From contig CAMTPH010000001.1 of the NCBI GenBank assembly GCA_947074345.1, positions 48,650 to 112,649 of the forward strand: DNA of 64,000 nt, given 5' to 3'. Of this stretch, positions 1 to 8,816 are shown piece after piece. How positions within the stretch are numbered: position 1 is the first letter of the stretch; every line of letters starts with the position of its first letter. The position numbers were made by a program, and so were the translations under genes. Below the pieces are notes generated by a model, which had not been told where the DNA came from, ran no database searches, and saw nothing but the letters and a program-made list of their open reading frames with translations. This DNA comes from an uncultured Bacteroides sp. (lineage in GTDB: Bacteria; Bacteroidota; Bacteroidia; Bacteroidales; Bacteroidaceae).

Positions 1-652
1 TTTGGTGCTTACCAATGTAATTGATGTGTTCGTAAATCTCGTCAGCAATAACGATTACTTGTGGATGTTTCTCTAATACTTTAGCCAAACCTTCTAGTTC
101 TTCTTTGCTATATACCGAACCGGTTGGGTTTGATGGTGAGCAAAGAATAAGAGCTTTAGTCTTAGGAGTAATAGCAGCTTCAAGTTGTTCTGGAGTGATT
201 TTGAAGTCTTGCTCGATGCCTGCCGAAACAATTACCGGTGTACCTTCAGCCAACTTAACCATTTCTGGGTAGCTTACCCAATATGGAGCAGGTACAATTA
301 CTTCATCGCCTGGATTAACCAAAACTAAAATAACATTACAAACAGATTGTTTAGCACCGTTTGCACAAGAAATCTCGGCAATCGTGTAGTCTAATCCATT
401 CTCTTTTTTCAATTTTTCAGCGATAGCAGTACGCAAGCCTGGATATCCTGGAACTGGTGAATAACGAGAGAAGTTATCATCAATGGCTTTCTTGGCAGCT
501 TCTTTAATGTGTTCGGGTGTGTTGAAATCAGGTTCACCTACACTCAAGTTAATAACATCAATGCCTTGTGCTTTTAGCTCATTGCTTTTTTGTGACATGG
601 CAAGAGTCGCAGAAGGCGACAAGCTGTTCAAACGGTCTGATAATTGGTTCAT
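1..652 (-). CDS. PLP-dependent class I/II aminotransferase (aspartate aminotransferase-like), runs off left edge
   Basis: Not in ORF track. Reverse-strand ATG at 652 reads MNQLSDRLNSLSPSATLAMSQKSNELKAQGIDVINLSVGEPDFNTP...RYSPVPGYPGLR...ANGAKQS, a typical AspC/AspB N-terminus. TATTTTTG promoter at 691-698 (minus). Confidence 0.9.
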   Translation of the reverse strand, partial: MNQLSDRLNSLSPSATLAMSQKSNELKAQGIDVINLSVGEPDFNTPEHIKEAAKKAIDDNFSRYSPVPGYPGLRTAIAEKLKKENGLDYTIAEISCANGAKQSVCNVILVLVNPGDEVIVPAPYWVSYPEMVKLAEGTPVIVSAGIEQDFKITPEQLEAAITPKTKALILCSPSNPTGSVYSKEELEGLAKVLEKHPQVIVIADEIYEHINYIGKHQ

Positions 653-734
653 TTAGTATCTATTTAATTTTTGTTTGGTTAATAACGTTACAAAAATAGC
701 TATTATATTTTAAAATCTGAAGCAATATGGTAAA

Positions 735-1949
735 TTACTTGTTTAAATGTAGATTGTGTCCCATACGCTCTTTTTTAGTCTTTAAGTAGCGTTCGTTGTA
801 TGGATTTGGCTCAGTCTCAACAGGTACATTTTCTACAATTTCTAAGCCGTAAGCCTCTAAGCCAACACGCTTAACTGGATTGTTTGTCATTAAACGCATC
901 TTGTGTACACCGATTTCACGTAAAATTTGTGCACCTACACCATAATCACGCTCATCAGCAAGATGTCCTAAGCATACATTCGCATCTACAGTATCAAGAC
1001 CATCTTCTTGCAATTTGTAAGCTTTCATTTTTTCCATCAAACCGATACCGCGTCCTTCTTGATTTAAATAAACAATGGCTCCTTTTCCTTCTTTATTAAT
1101 AAGTTCCATCGCTTTTTGTAGTTGTTCGCCACAATCACATCGTTTAGAACCGAAGATATCACCTGTAGCACACGAAGAATGAACACGCACTAAGATTGGT
1201 TCGTCGGCTTCCCATTCACCTTTGAAAAGAGCTACATGCTCTAATCCGTTCGACTTTTGGCGGAAAGGAATTAAATGAAAATCACCATGTGATGTTGGCA
1301 TATTAACTTCTACTCCCTTGTCTACTATCGATTCTTGTTTTAAACGATAAGCAATAAGGTCGTGAATAGAGATTAATTTCAAATTGAATTCATCAGCCAT
1401 CTGTCTCAAATATGGTAAACGAGCCATTGTACCATCTTCATTCATGATTTCCATTAATGCGCCTGCTGGAAATAGACCGGCTAAACGTGCCATATCGATA
1501 GTCGCTTCTGTATGACCAGCACGGCGAAGTACTCCTTTTTCTTGTGCGTATAATGGGTTGATGTGTCCTGGACGTCCAAAAGTTGCAGGGGTAGACTTAG
1601 GATCGGCTAATGCTTGGATAGTAGCAGCACGATCGGCAGCAGATACACCTGTTGAACAACCTTCTAATTTGTCGATTGTTACTGTAAATGGTGTGCCCAA
1701 GATAGACGTGTTATCACTAACTTGATGTGGTAAGTCTAACTCTTTGCAACGAGAAACTGTAATAGGAGCGCAAAGTAAACCACGCGCATGCTTAAGCATA
1801 AAGTTTACTTTTTCAGGAGTAATTAACTCGGCTGCGATTATTAAATCGCCTTCGTTTTCACGATCTTCATCATCAACAACAATAACGAATTCACCTTTTT
1901 TGAAGTCTTCGATTGCAGATTCAATGCTATCTAATTTAATTTGTTCCAT
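735..1949 (-). CDS. ribBA: Bifunctional 3,4-dihydroxy-2-butanone-4-phosphate synthase / GTP cyclohydrolase II
   Basis: [14 protein letters not shown] and GHTEA RibB motifs, plus [28 protein letters not shown] and LMTNNP RibA motifs. Confidence 0.97.
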   Translation of the reverse strand: MEQIKLDSIESAIEDFKKGEFVIVVDDEDRENEGDLIIAAELITPEKVNFMLKHARGLLCAPITVSRCKELDLPHQVSDNTSILGTPFTVTIDKLEGCSTGVSAADRAATIQALADPKSTPATFGRPGHINPLYAQEKGVLRRAGHTEATIDMARLAGLFPAGALMEIMNEDGTMARLPYLRQMADEFNLKLISIHDLIAYRLKQESIVDKGVEVNMPTSHGDFHLIPFRQKSNGLEHVALFKGEWEADEPILVRVHSSCATGDIFGSKRCDCGEQLQKAMELINKEGKGAIVYLNQEGRGIGLMEKMKAYKLQEDGLDTVDANVCLGHLADERDYGVGAQILREIGVHKMRLMTNNPVKRVGLEAYGLEIVENVPVETEPNPYNERYLKTKKERMGHNLHLNK

Positions 1950-1970
1950 ACTTATAGGTTGCTTTATTGA

Positions 1971-3872
1971 TTATAAATTTTTTCCCTCATTAATAACGTG
2001 CAGTAGTTGCTCATTGTTTTTGATAACTTGTGCTATGTCTTTTGTTAATCTATATCTGAAAATCCAGATACGGATGTAGAAAAACAGTCCCAATGGCAAA
2101 ATTACACCAACGATGGTGTTGAGCCAATAGATGTTGAAAGGTCGCAAATGAGCTGCAGTTGGAATAATGGGATAGTTATTGAGTAGGTTCACAACAGTTG
2201 CAGAGTGGCTGTTTGACAGTTCCTCTACTATGTTTTCTAATTTCTCGTTTATCTTTTTTATGTCATTATCTCGATTGACACTAAACCATAGTTTGAAATA
2301 GTTTGGCGCCTTAGTGAGCTTGTGGGTTTTTAAATACTCCTGACATTGGTTAGTAAGTTCTTTTAATTTTGTAGGTATCAACTCATAATTAGGGTCATGT
2401 ATTATTACCTCTTTACGAATCATATGACGAGTGCTGCGAATACCCAAGAAGCGCTTAATGAAACTTGTATAAGCGTCAGCATTCAACACAACAGAATCTT
2501 TGTTTGATTTGTAAGTAACAAATATCCCTAATGTGGCTAAGATAGATGAACTTAACCATAAACCACTCCATACTACCCAGTGGCCATCACGCGCCATTTT
2601 ATATCCAGCATTATCGATGATATAGTAAATGATGAACATTAATACTGATATAATAACTGGCATACCTAGTCCTCCTTTTCGAATAATACCTCCTAGTGGA
2701 GCTCCAATAAAGAAGAATAGTAAACAAGATAATGAGATTGTGATTTTTTTATGCCATTCTATCTTGTGGCGTCTTATTTGATTGTCGTTGCCTTCTAATG
2801 TGTAGTTCTTGAAACTAAAGTCGCTTTTCAAACTTTCGGTGCGGCTGGTTGCTGCATTTATAACACGCTGTTTTTGTGCAAGGGTAGTTGCCTCAAATAT
2901 GCTATCTACATTAATGGTAGTGATGTCGACTTTCTCTATTTTGATTGAATCGTCTTTTGTAAAGCGATTGCCTAACGAATAGGTGCTGTTTCTTACATCG
3001 CGATAGTATTGTCGTCCAATGCTGTCTCCTACATATACCATCGAATCAATAGAGGATTGAAGTTTTATCATGTCTTTAGTAGAAGCGGCATTACTCATAA
3101 TGTTGGCGTCTACCATGTTGAAGTCTGAATCGAATTCAATTAACGACCTTTTATCACTGAATGATTCTCTACGGTAAGGAACATTTTGGCTTTTTACATT
3201 TTGGCTTTTTAGATTCTCAAATTGTTCACCACTATAAAGAAGTAGATTGAGGTGTTGTTTGTCTGCAGTCATCTCCATTTTGCCTGAGTCAGCATAAACG
3301 ATATGAGCATTTTCTGCACCATCTTTCATATTGTAAATTAACACATCATATAAGACTCCGGTTTTACGATCTTTTCTGCCGACTCTAATTTGATATCCGG
3401 GAATGTCAGAATAAAAAGCTCCTTCGGGAATATCGAGTTCAGGAGATTTCTGTTTTACAGAAATCAATAGTGTTCCCAACTTTTCTTGAGCCATTGGGCC
3501 TATAACATTTTGGAAATAAAATGAGATACCGCATATCAATATGACTAAGAACACCAATGGGCGCATGATTTGAAGGAGTGAAATACCAGCTGCCTTCATG
3601 GCTAATAGCTCATATCGCTCTCCAAAGTTTCCAAAGGTGATTAACGAAGCAAGTAGAATTGCTAGTGGTAGTGCCGCGGGAACAAGAGTTAAAGCAGAAT
3701 AAAAGAAAAATTGACCCATTACGGTCATTTCCAATCCTTTTCCTACTAAATCATCGACAAACCTCCATAAGAACTGCATCATGAAGATGAAGAGACAAAT
3801 GAAGAAAGTTCCAACGAAGAGGAGTAAAAAACTCTTTAATATGAATATATCTAATCTTTTTATGCGTAGCAT
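1971..3872 (-). CDS. LptF/LptG family LPS export permease
   Basis: N-terminal TM helices, ELLAMKAAGISL motif, periplasmic region, C-terminal FFIGAPLGGIIRKGG helices. Promoter TAATTTTG at 3906-3913 (minus). Confidence 0.9.
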   Translation of the reverse strand: MLRIKRLDIFILKSFLLLFVGTFFICLFIFMMQFLWRFVDDLVGKGLEMTVMGQFFFYSALTLVPAALPLAILLASLITFGNFGERYELLAMKAAGISLLQIMRPLVFLVILICGISFYFQNVIGPMAQEKLGTLLISVKQKSPELDIPEGAFYSDIPGYQIRVGRKDRKTGVLYDVLIYNMKDGAENAHIVYADSGKMEMTADKQHLNLLLYSGEQFENLKSQNVKSQNVPYRRESFSDKRSLIEFDSDFNMVDANIMSNAASTKDMIKLQSSIDSMVYVGDSIGRQYYRDVRNSTYSLGNRFTKDDSIKIEKVDITTINVDSIFEATTLAQKQRVINAATSRTESLKSDFSFKNYTLEGNDNQIRRHKIEWHKKITISLSCLLFFFIGAPLGGIIRKGGLGMPVIISVLMFIIYYIIDNAGYKMARDGHWVVWSGLWLSSSILATLGIFVTYKSNKDSVVLNADAYTSFIKRFLGIRSTRHMIRKEVIIHDPNYELIPTKLKELTNQCQEYLKTHKLTKAPNYFKLWFSVNRDNDIKKINEKLENIVEELSNSHSATVVNLLNNYPIIPTAAHLRPFNIYWLNTIVGVILPLGLFFYIRIWIFRYRLTKDIAQVIKNNEQLLHVINEGKNL

Positions 3873-3955
3873 CTTAAACTCTTAAATTCGGTAAGATTTA
3901 AGATGCAAAATTAGCATAAAAAAGAACGTATGGAAAGTTTTTAATTGAAAGTTAA

Positions 3956-4342
3956 CTAAAAACCACAGGTTCTTCTTAACTTACTAACTTGTGAATCCCA
4001 TAATTCTTCCATGTCTTCTATCTCATCTGTTTCGGCAAAGTCTGTAATTTCTAATACGAAATCACTTGTTAATTCATTGTGATTCATTTTGATCTCGAAG
4101 TAATCACGTGTGTTTTCATCATCTAGCCAACGAAAGCGTATATAAGAATATGCTCTGATAGCTGTAATTTCTGCAATTCGTGTTTCAACCTTTCCCCAAT
4201 GAAATTCTACAATTTTGTCGTTCGAGAATACCTTATCTGCAAACCAGTTCTCTAGTCCGGATGGTGTGCTTATCGATGACCATAGAATATTTCTTGATGC
4301 GCCATTTAAAAGGTATTCCATTTGTATCTTCTCTCTTTTCAT
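3956..4342 (-). CDS. START-like domain protein (Bacteroidetes)
   Basis: ILWSSISTPSGLENWFADKV ... LEITDFAE ... LWDSQV pattern. Start moved to MKREKI (4342) from ORF-track 4399. Confidence 0.75.
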   Translation of the reverse strand: MKREKIQMEYLLNGASRNILWSSISTPSGLENWFADKVFSNDKIVEFHWGKVETRIAEITAIRAYSYIRFRWLDDENTRDYFEIKMNHNELTSDFVLEITDFAETDEIEDMEELWDSQVSKLRRTCGF

Positions 4343-4575
4343 AGTTTTATCATTTGTTAGTGTGCGCCAAGATAAATACTTTTTTCTTATTTTACACATA
4401 AATTAAACAATAAATTAAATCATTTTTCTTACCCATAGGTACTACAAAATAATAGCTACTTTGCTAATATTTTTTTTAAGGCAATAAATGTGTTGATATA
4501 AAGCGTGTTACTGTGTTTTTTATCGCTTTATTGATAAATAGTTTTATATTTATTCGAAAAAAAAGCATCAAAAGT

Positions 4576-4606
4576 TTTGGATGTTTAAAGAAAGTCTCTA
4601 TCTTTG
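4576..4606 (+). promoter_or_regulatory. Bacteroidetes primary sigma promoter of tRNA-Met
   Basis: TTTG (4576-4579), 19-nt spacer, TATCTTTG (4599-4606): canonical -33/-7. Confidence 0.85.
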
Positions 4607-4627
4607 CACCCGCAATCGAGAAACGAT

Positions 4628-4701
4628 GGCGGGATAGCTCAGCTGGTTAGAGCGCATGATTCATAATCATGAGGTCCCCGGTTCAATCCCGGGTCCCGCT
4701 A
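4628..4701 (+). tRNA. tRNA-Met (CAT), probably elongator
   Basis: GGCGGGA/TCCCGCT acceptor stem, D-arm AGCTCAGCTGGTTAGAGC, anticodon arm CATGA-TTCATAA-TCATG, GGTTCAATCCC T-loop. CCA not encoded. Confidence 0.95.
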
Positions 4702-4724
4702 CTTGCTTAATGCAAAGATAAATT

Positions 4725-4761
4725 GACTGTTGAGAGGCTTCCACTCTTGATGGTCTTTTTT
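4725..4761 (+). terminator. Intrinsic terminator after tRNA-Met
   Basis: GACTGTTGAGAG/CTCTTGATGGTC stem (several G-U pairs) followed by T-tract. Confidence 0.6.
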
Positions 4762-5068
4762 GTTTTTATATACCCTTGTTTTTATCCACAATCTATTAAT
4801 ATTATCGATGATTTTGGTAATGTTCAGAAAAGTGTGTAATCTCGCTATAAATTAAAATGAAAAGTCCTGAAACTAATTCGTTGTCAGAACTTTTTTACTT
4901 GTTTAGCATAGAGGTATTCACGAATATATATCCCTATCTCTTTAAAAACTATATATTATTGTCATTTAAAGCACTATTATAAGTTAACCTCCAATTTAAA
5001 GATCTTAATGTTGCTTGCTATTACACTCTTCTTATTGCACTAATTTCATGTGCTTATCCACCTATTTG

Positions 5069-5767
5069 TTATTCTGTTATCAACATGATGCCTATTTTCC
5101 TGACTGTTTTGATCTCAATCGTAGAATCACTTTCAAATAGTTTGCGTAGTTTAGTCAGAAATACGTCCAAACTTCGTGAAGCAAAATAATCGTCTTCTGT
5201 TTCCCAGTATCTACTAAGGATTGCTTCTCGTCTGACCACTTCGTTTTTGTTTTCAACTAGTAGCTGCAATATTTGTGCTTCTCGTAATGTCAACGTCTGC
5301 AAGTTGTTGGTATCGTTATTTCGTAGAGTTGCATGTGTTGCATCTAAAGTGTAATGACCGAATGTATAGTGGTCGGTTACAGATTTTGTTTTCTCACCAT
5401 TCTGCATTTTCAGAATTGCATGAATATGTCCATCTAGTTCATCTGCTACAAATGGCTTCTTTACATAGTTATTTACACCGATTGAAAAGCCTTTTTTTAC
5501 ATCTTTCGGTGAGGTTAATGCAGATGCAAACAAGATAGGAGTGTTTCCGTCTGTTTCTCGTATGCGTTTTACCATTTCAAATCCATCCATGATGGGCATA
5601 TCAATGTCAGATATAATGATGTCTGGGTGATGCTCTCCCCAAGCTTTAAGTCCTTCTTTTCCATTATTGGCCGTTACCACTTCGTAACCTCCTATGAGGT
5701 CTTGCAATCCGGTTTGTACGATGTAGCATAAATTGGCATCGTCTTCTACTAATAATAGTTTGATCAT
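5069..5767 (-). CDS. OmpR/PhoB-family response regulator
   Basis: Receiver LLVEDD...ISDIDMPIMDG...KKPF, then winged helix LTLREAQILQLL...SRSLDVFLTKLRK...TVRKIG. Confidence 0.95.
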   Translation of the reverse strand: MIKLLLVEDDANLCYIVQTGLQDLIGGYEVVTANNGKEGLKAWGEHHPDIIISDIDMPIMDGFEMVKRIRETDGNTPILFASALTSPKDVKKGFSIGVNNYVKKPFVADELDGHIHAILKMQNGEKTKSVTDHYTFGHYTLDATHATLRNNDTNNLQTLTLREAQILQLLVENKNEVVRREAILSRYWETEDDYFASRSLDVFLTKLRKLFESDSTIEIKTVRKIGIMLITE

Positions 5768-5769
5768 AA

Positions 5770-7092
5770 TTATTGGATTATTTTTGGTAGGTAGATAATA
5801 AATTCGGTAAATTCTCCTTCTATGCTGTTCACTACGATTTTCCCATCATGGGCTGTAATTACTTGTTCAACGAAATTCAGACCAAGTCCAAACCCTGATG
5901 CTCCTCCTTTTCTGTTTCTTTTGGTTGCTGATGCTCGTTCGTACTTATTAAAGATAACAGCTTGGTCTTCTTTGGCGATACCAAACCCATTGTCATATAC
6001 TTTTAGTATGGTGTATGATTCGTTACTATCTGAACTGATTTGTATATCGACTGTTTCATTAGAATATTTGATGGCATTATCTATCAAGTTGCTGATAACC
6101 TCTTCCAAATACTCTTGATCAGCATAGACTTCAGTAGCTTTAAGGTTTACTGTAAATTGTACAGGCTTAGATGCTTTGGCAGTGAACTTATCAGTCAGTT
6201 TATTTATCATAGAAATCAGTACTATTTCTTCTTTGACCATTTCTAGCTTATGCTTCTCAAGTTTAGATAGAGTTAATACCTTATTGGTAAGCGTAAGTAG
6301 GTGATCAGCTTCACTTTCAGCTATTTTAAAGTATTTATCTTTCATTTCCGGCTTATCATCCAGACGGCCACTATGCAGAAAGTTTAAAGCCATGTAGATG
6401 GTGCTCAGTGGTGTTTTCATATCATGAACCATGGCATGTGAGAAATCTTCGCGGACTTTGAAAATCTTCTTTAATCGGGATATAATGCGTATTTGGTAGA
6501 TAATACTACTAATAATAAGAACTAAGATTATTGCAGTTGCAATGAAGAGCAATCCCATGCGTTCCAAAAATGTTTGGGATGGATTGGCTATAACTATTTG
6601 CACAACTTGAGTATAGTCTTTTCGTATTGGAAAATACTTAGGCTTGATAGTCAACCAAGAATCTTTGCTATGGTAACCAATACTATCTAATGTTTCTCCT
6701 GTTCGTAAGTTTCTAATGTATATGGAGTGTTTATCTTCAATTCCGTTTTTTAATAATAACTCTGATGTAATGGAATCTAAATTGTGCAAAGACAAATGGT
6801 ATCCCAAATTTGAAAGTCCCTCATAGAAATAAGTCATTGCAGGAATGGTGTCATTAGTTGGGCCACTATATATTTCTGTGCCTTTAGGGGCTAAACAAAT
6901 TCTCATATTGCCTTCCTCTTCAAGTGATTTCTCCATTATGGCATAACATTCTTTTTGAATATTATTTCTTATAAGTATATAAGTATTATACAACCATATT
7001 GATTGCAAAGCAAATACTGCAATTAAGCCTAGAAATGTAAATCCACTTAAAGATATAACCCCATTACTCTTTACTCTCAATTTATCTCTCAT
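5770..7092 (-). CDS. Membrane sensor histidine kinase
   Basis: Two TM helices flanking a periplasmic domain. H-box HDMKTPL, N-box NLIDNAIKYS, G1 DNGFGI, G2 GFGLGL. Promoter TATATTTG 7118-7125 (minus). Confidence 0.95.
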   Translation of the reverse strand: MRDKLRVKSNGVISLSGFTFLGLIAVFALQSIWLYNTYILIRNNIQKECYAIMEKSLEEEGNMRICLAPKGTEIYSGPTNDTIPAMTYFYEGLSNLGYHLSLHNLDSITSELLLKNGIEDKHSIYIRNLRTGETLDSIGYHSKDSWLTIKPKYFPIRKDYTQVVQIVIANPSQTFLERMGLLFIATAIILVLIISSIIYQIRIISRLKKIFKVREDFSHAMVHDMKTPLSTIYMALNFLHSGRLDDKPEMKDKYFKIAESEADHLLTLTNKVLTLSKLEKHKLEMVKEEIVLISMINKLTDKFTAKASKPVQFTVNLKATEVYADQEYLEEVISNLIDNAIKYSNETVDIQISSDSNESYTILKVYDNGFGIAKEDQAVIFNKYERASATKRNRKGGASGFGLGLNFVEQVITAHDGKIVVNSIEGEFTEFIIYLPKIIQ

Positions 7093-7305
7093 CTTTTATT
7101 TTGCATTAAATAAACATCAAATATAGATTAATTATATCAAATATTAACTAATTGGTGCTTTTTTCCTAACACTTAAATACTTTCCTCTTTACCGTTTTTA
7201 CAGCAGTAAATAATGTATAAACAACTATTCTTAGAATTAATCCAAAAGAGTTTGCAAAAAAATGGAGAAGTTATATATAAGTAAGTGCATTTAATAGATA
7301 GTATT

Positions 7306-7363
7306 GATAACATAATGATAACATTTGGATAACGTAAAAGAACAATGGAGTATACTAGATTTG
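7306..7363 (+). promoter_or_regulatory. Triple GATAAC direct repeat (11-bp period) plus -7 element; putative OmpR-family activator box
   Basis: GATAAC at 7306, 7317, 7328; TAGATTTG at 7356-7363. Confidence 0.7.
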
Positions 7364-7410
7364 TAGCGTTGATAATAACTTAAAAACCAAGAATATAAAC
7401 AATAATTAAG

Positions 7411-7584
7411 ATGAAGAATACACTTAATATCAGGAACGTTTTATTAATTATAAATTTGTTTCTTGTTGCAACAACTCCTTTTGATACATTTTTATCGACT
7501 ATCTATATCGTTAAAAGTGTGATAATATGGTTTTTTATGATTGTAATTGTAGCTTCTCTCTATAGGGAAAGTAGAAGGAGTTAA
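7411..7584 (+). CDS. Small membrane protein, 57 aa (below ORF-track cutoff)
   Basis: MKNTLNIRNVLLIINLFLVATTPFDTFLSTIYIVKSVIIWFFMIVIVASLYRESRRS: two hydrophobic segments and a basic C-tail. A-rich leader, directly downstream of the boxed promoter. Confidence 0.55.
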   Translation: MKNTLNIRNVLLIINLFLVATTPFDTFLSTIYIVKSVIIWFFMIVIVASLYRESRRS

Positions 7585-7671
7585 ACTCATCTTTTTATTG
7601 CAAGACTAGTTGGTGTTGCAGTTAGGATGATTGTCAAATTAATTACCTATTATTATTTAAATTAATATATT

Positions 7672-7779
7672 ATGAATGATCTCTTTAAAAAACATCCGTG
7701 TTTCGTTGTAATTATGTCTGGCTTCTCTCTAGGGTTTATTATGGGGGTAGCTATGGGGATTGCTAAACATTGTGTGTAA
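7672..7779 (+). CDS. Small single-TM peptide, 35 aa, glycine zipper
   Basis: MNDLFKKHPCFVVIMSGFSLGFIMGVAMGIAKHCV with GxxxGxxxGxxxG. AT-rich leader, followed by a terminator. Confidence 0.5.
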   Translation: MNDLFKKHPCFVVIMSGFSLGFIMGVAMGIAKHCV

Positions 7780-7840
7780 TTAAAAATTAGTAAAAATGGG
7801 AGATATATGTAAGTAAATAAAAGCTCCGAATTGAATGCAT

Positions 7841-7878
7841 AAAAATAGGACATACCAAAGTTGGTATGTCCTATTTTT
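7841..7878. terminator. Intrinsic terminator, potentially bidirectional
   Basis: AAAAATAGGACATACC-AAAGTT-GGTATGTCCTATTTTT perfect inverted repeat. Confidence 0.85.
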
Positions 7879-8059
7879 ATATAGATGGTTTACATCTATA
7901 TTGGTGCTTCGCTTGAAATAACTCATTCGACCTTTAACTGATTTAGGCATCTTAGTGAGTTTAAAGCTACTCTTCTTCTATTGCTACATACATCTAAATA
8001 TTAATAATTCAAGAACCACTAAACCATCTGTTCACTGTGTTAATCTTTCGCTTGTTGAC

Positions 8060-8117
8060 ATTAACGTAATGATAACATTGTGATAACCTAATAAGGTATG
8101 AACTCTTGGTATTTTCG
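8060..8117 (+). promoter_or_regulatory. Second GATAAC triple box (11-bp period) plus -7-like element
   Basis: ATTAAC 8060, GATAAC 8071, GATAAC 8082; TATTTTCG at 8110-8117, same 28-bp offset as at 7328/7356. Confidence 0.7.
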
Positions 8118-8160
8118 TACAAGAAATAAATGAAATTATTAATAATTAAAAACTGAAATT

Positions 8161-8652
8161 ATGGAATTTATAACAGTAGCAACGATTTTATTATCATCAT
8201 TGAATATGCATAATAATAACGAGGGATTTGCCTATAATGTGGAACTAGTAGATAATGCTGTAACCTCACAAGTTGTGTATAAAAGTATTAATGATGGCAA
8301 GTATTTGTCACATCATCTTAAGTACAATTACACTTACGACGAACAGAATCGCTTGACTAAGAAAGAAGTATTAAAATGGGACACTTTTTCAGAAAGTTGG
8401 GAACGTAGCCATTGTTTGTACTACACGTATGATATGTTCGGTTTTACTCTTGCATATGCTTTATGGGATACTGAGAAGACCGATTATACAAGAATAGTAG
8501 CCAAGCAAGTTTATGATGACTGTATGAATGGTGCTATGACAGTAACTTTATACAAATGGAATAACTCTGAAAACGATTGGATAGTACAAAATAACATGAT
8601 AACGATGCATCCTGGTGATAATCTTTTATCTTCTTTAGAGATAGTGCTCTAA
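8161..8652 (+). CDS. DUF3836-like secreted beta-rich protein
   Basis: Hydrophobic N-terminus, then KYNYTYDEQNRLTKKEVLKWD...W and repeated (K/L)W[ND]xxxxxW hairpins, typical of Bacteroides DUF3836. Confidence 0.65.
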   Translation: MEFITVATILLSSLNMHNNNEGFAYNVELVDNAVTSQVVYKSINDGKYLSHHLKYNYTYDEQNRLTKKEVLKWDTFSESWERSHCLYYTYDMFGFTLAYALWDTEKTDYTRIVAKQVYDDCMNGAMTVTLYKWNNSENDWIVQNNMITMHPGDNLLSSLEIVL

Positions 8653-8675
8653 AATCATTAAACTAGTTTTAATTA

Positions 8676-8763
8676 GTTTTATTCCACTGAAACTAATTTT
8701 TCAACCCACTGAAAAGGTGTTCTCAGCCCATTGAAACAAAAGTTTCAATGGGCTGAAACAAAA
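8676..8763. repeat. 22-bp-period palindromic repeat array GTTTCA-N7-GAAAC-N4 (4 units; REP/BIME-like)
   Basis: Units start at 8676, 8698, 8720, 8742. The last two form an inverted pair TCAGCCCATTGAAAC-AAAA-GTTTCAATGGGCTGA. Confidence 0.8.
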
Positions 8764-8796
8764 AAGGAGTGCTTCTGTTAAGAAACACTCTTTTTT
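8761..8796. terminator. Bidirectional terminator between convergent genes
   Basis: AAAAAGGAGTGCTTCT-GTTA-AGAAACACTCTTTTTT. Confidence 0.7.
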
Positions 8797-8816
8797 ATAA
8801 TATAATCAAGTTATTA

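Noticed and set aside
4858-4930. Hairpin plus GCATAGAGGTATTCACGAA as a degenerate att site or tRNA remnant
   Set aside because: It does not match the tRNA-Met 3' end and is too degenerate to support. It may simply terminate the RR transcript.
7662-7853. ORF-track 63-aa minus-strand ORF
   Set aside because: It starts inside the terminator hairpin and is antisense to the better-supported 35-aa plus-strand peptide.
7880-8030. 10-bp inverted repeat AGATGGTTTA/TAAACCATCT as an invertible promoter or MITE
   Set aside because: It is short and AT-rich, with no recombinase nearby and no clear promoter inside. Compatible with chance.
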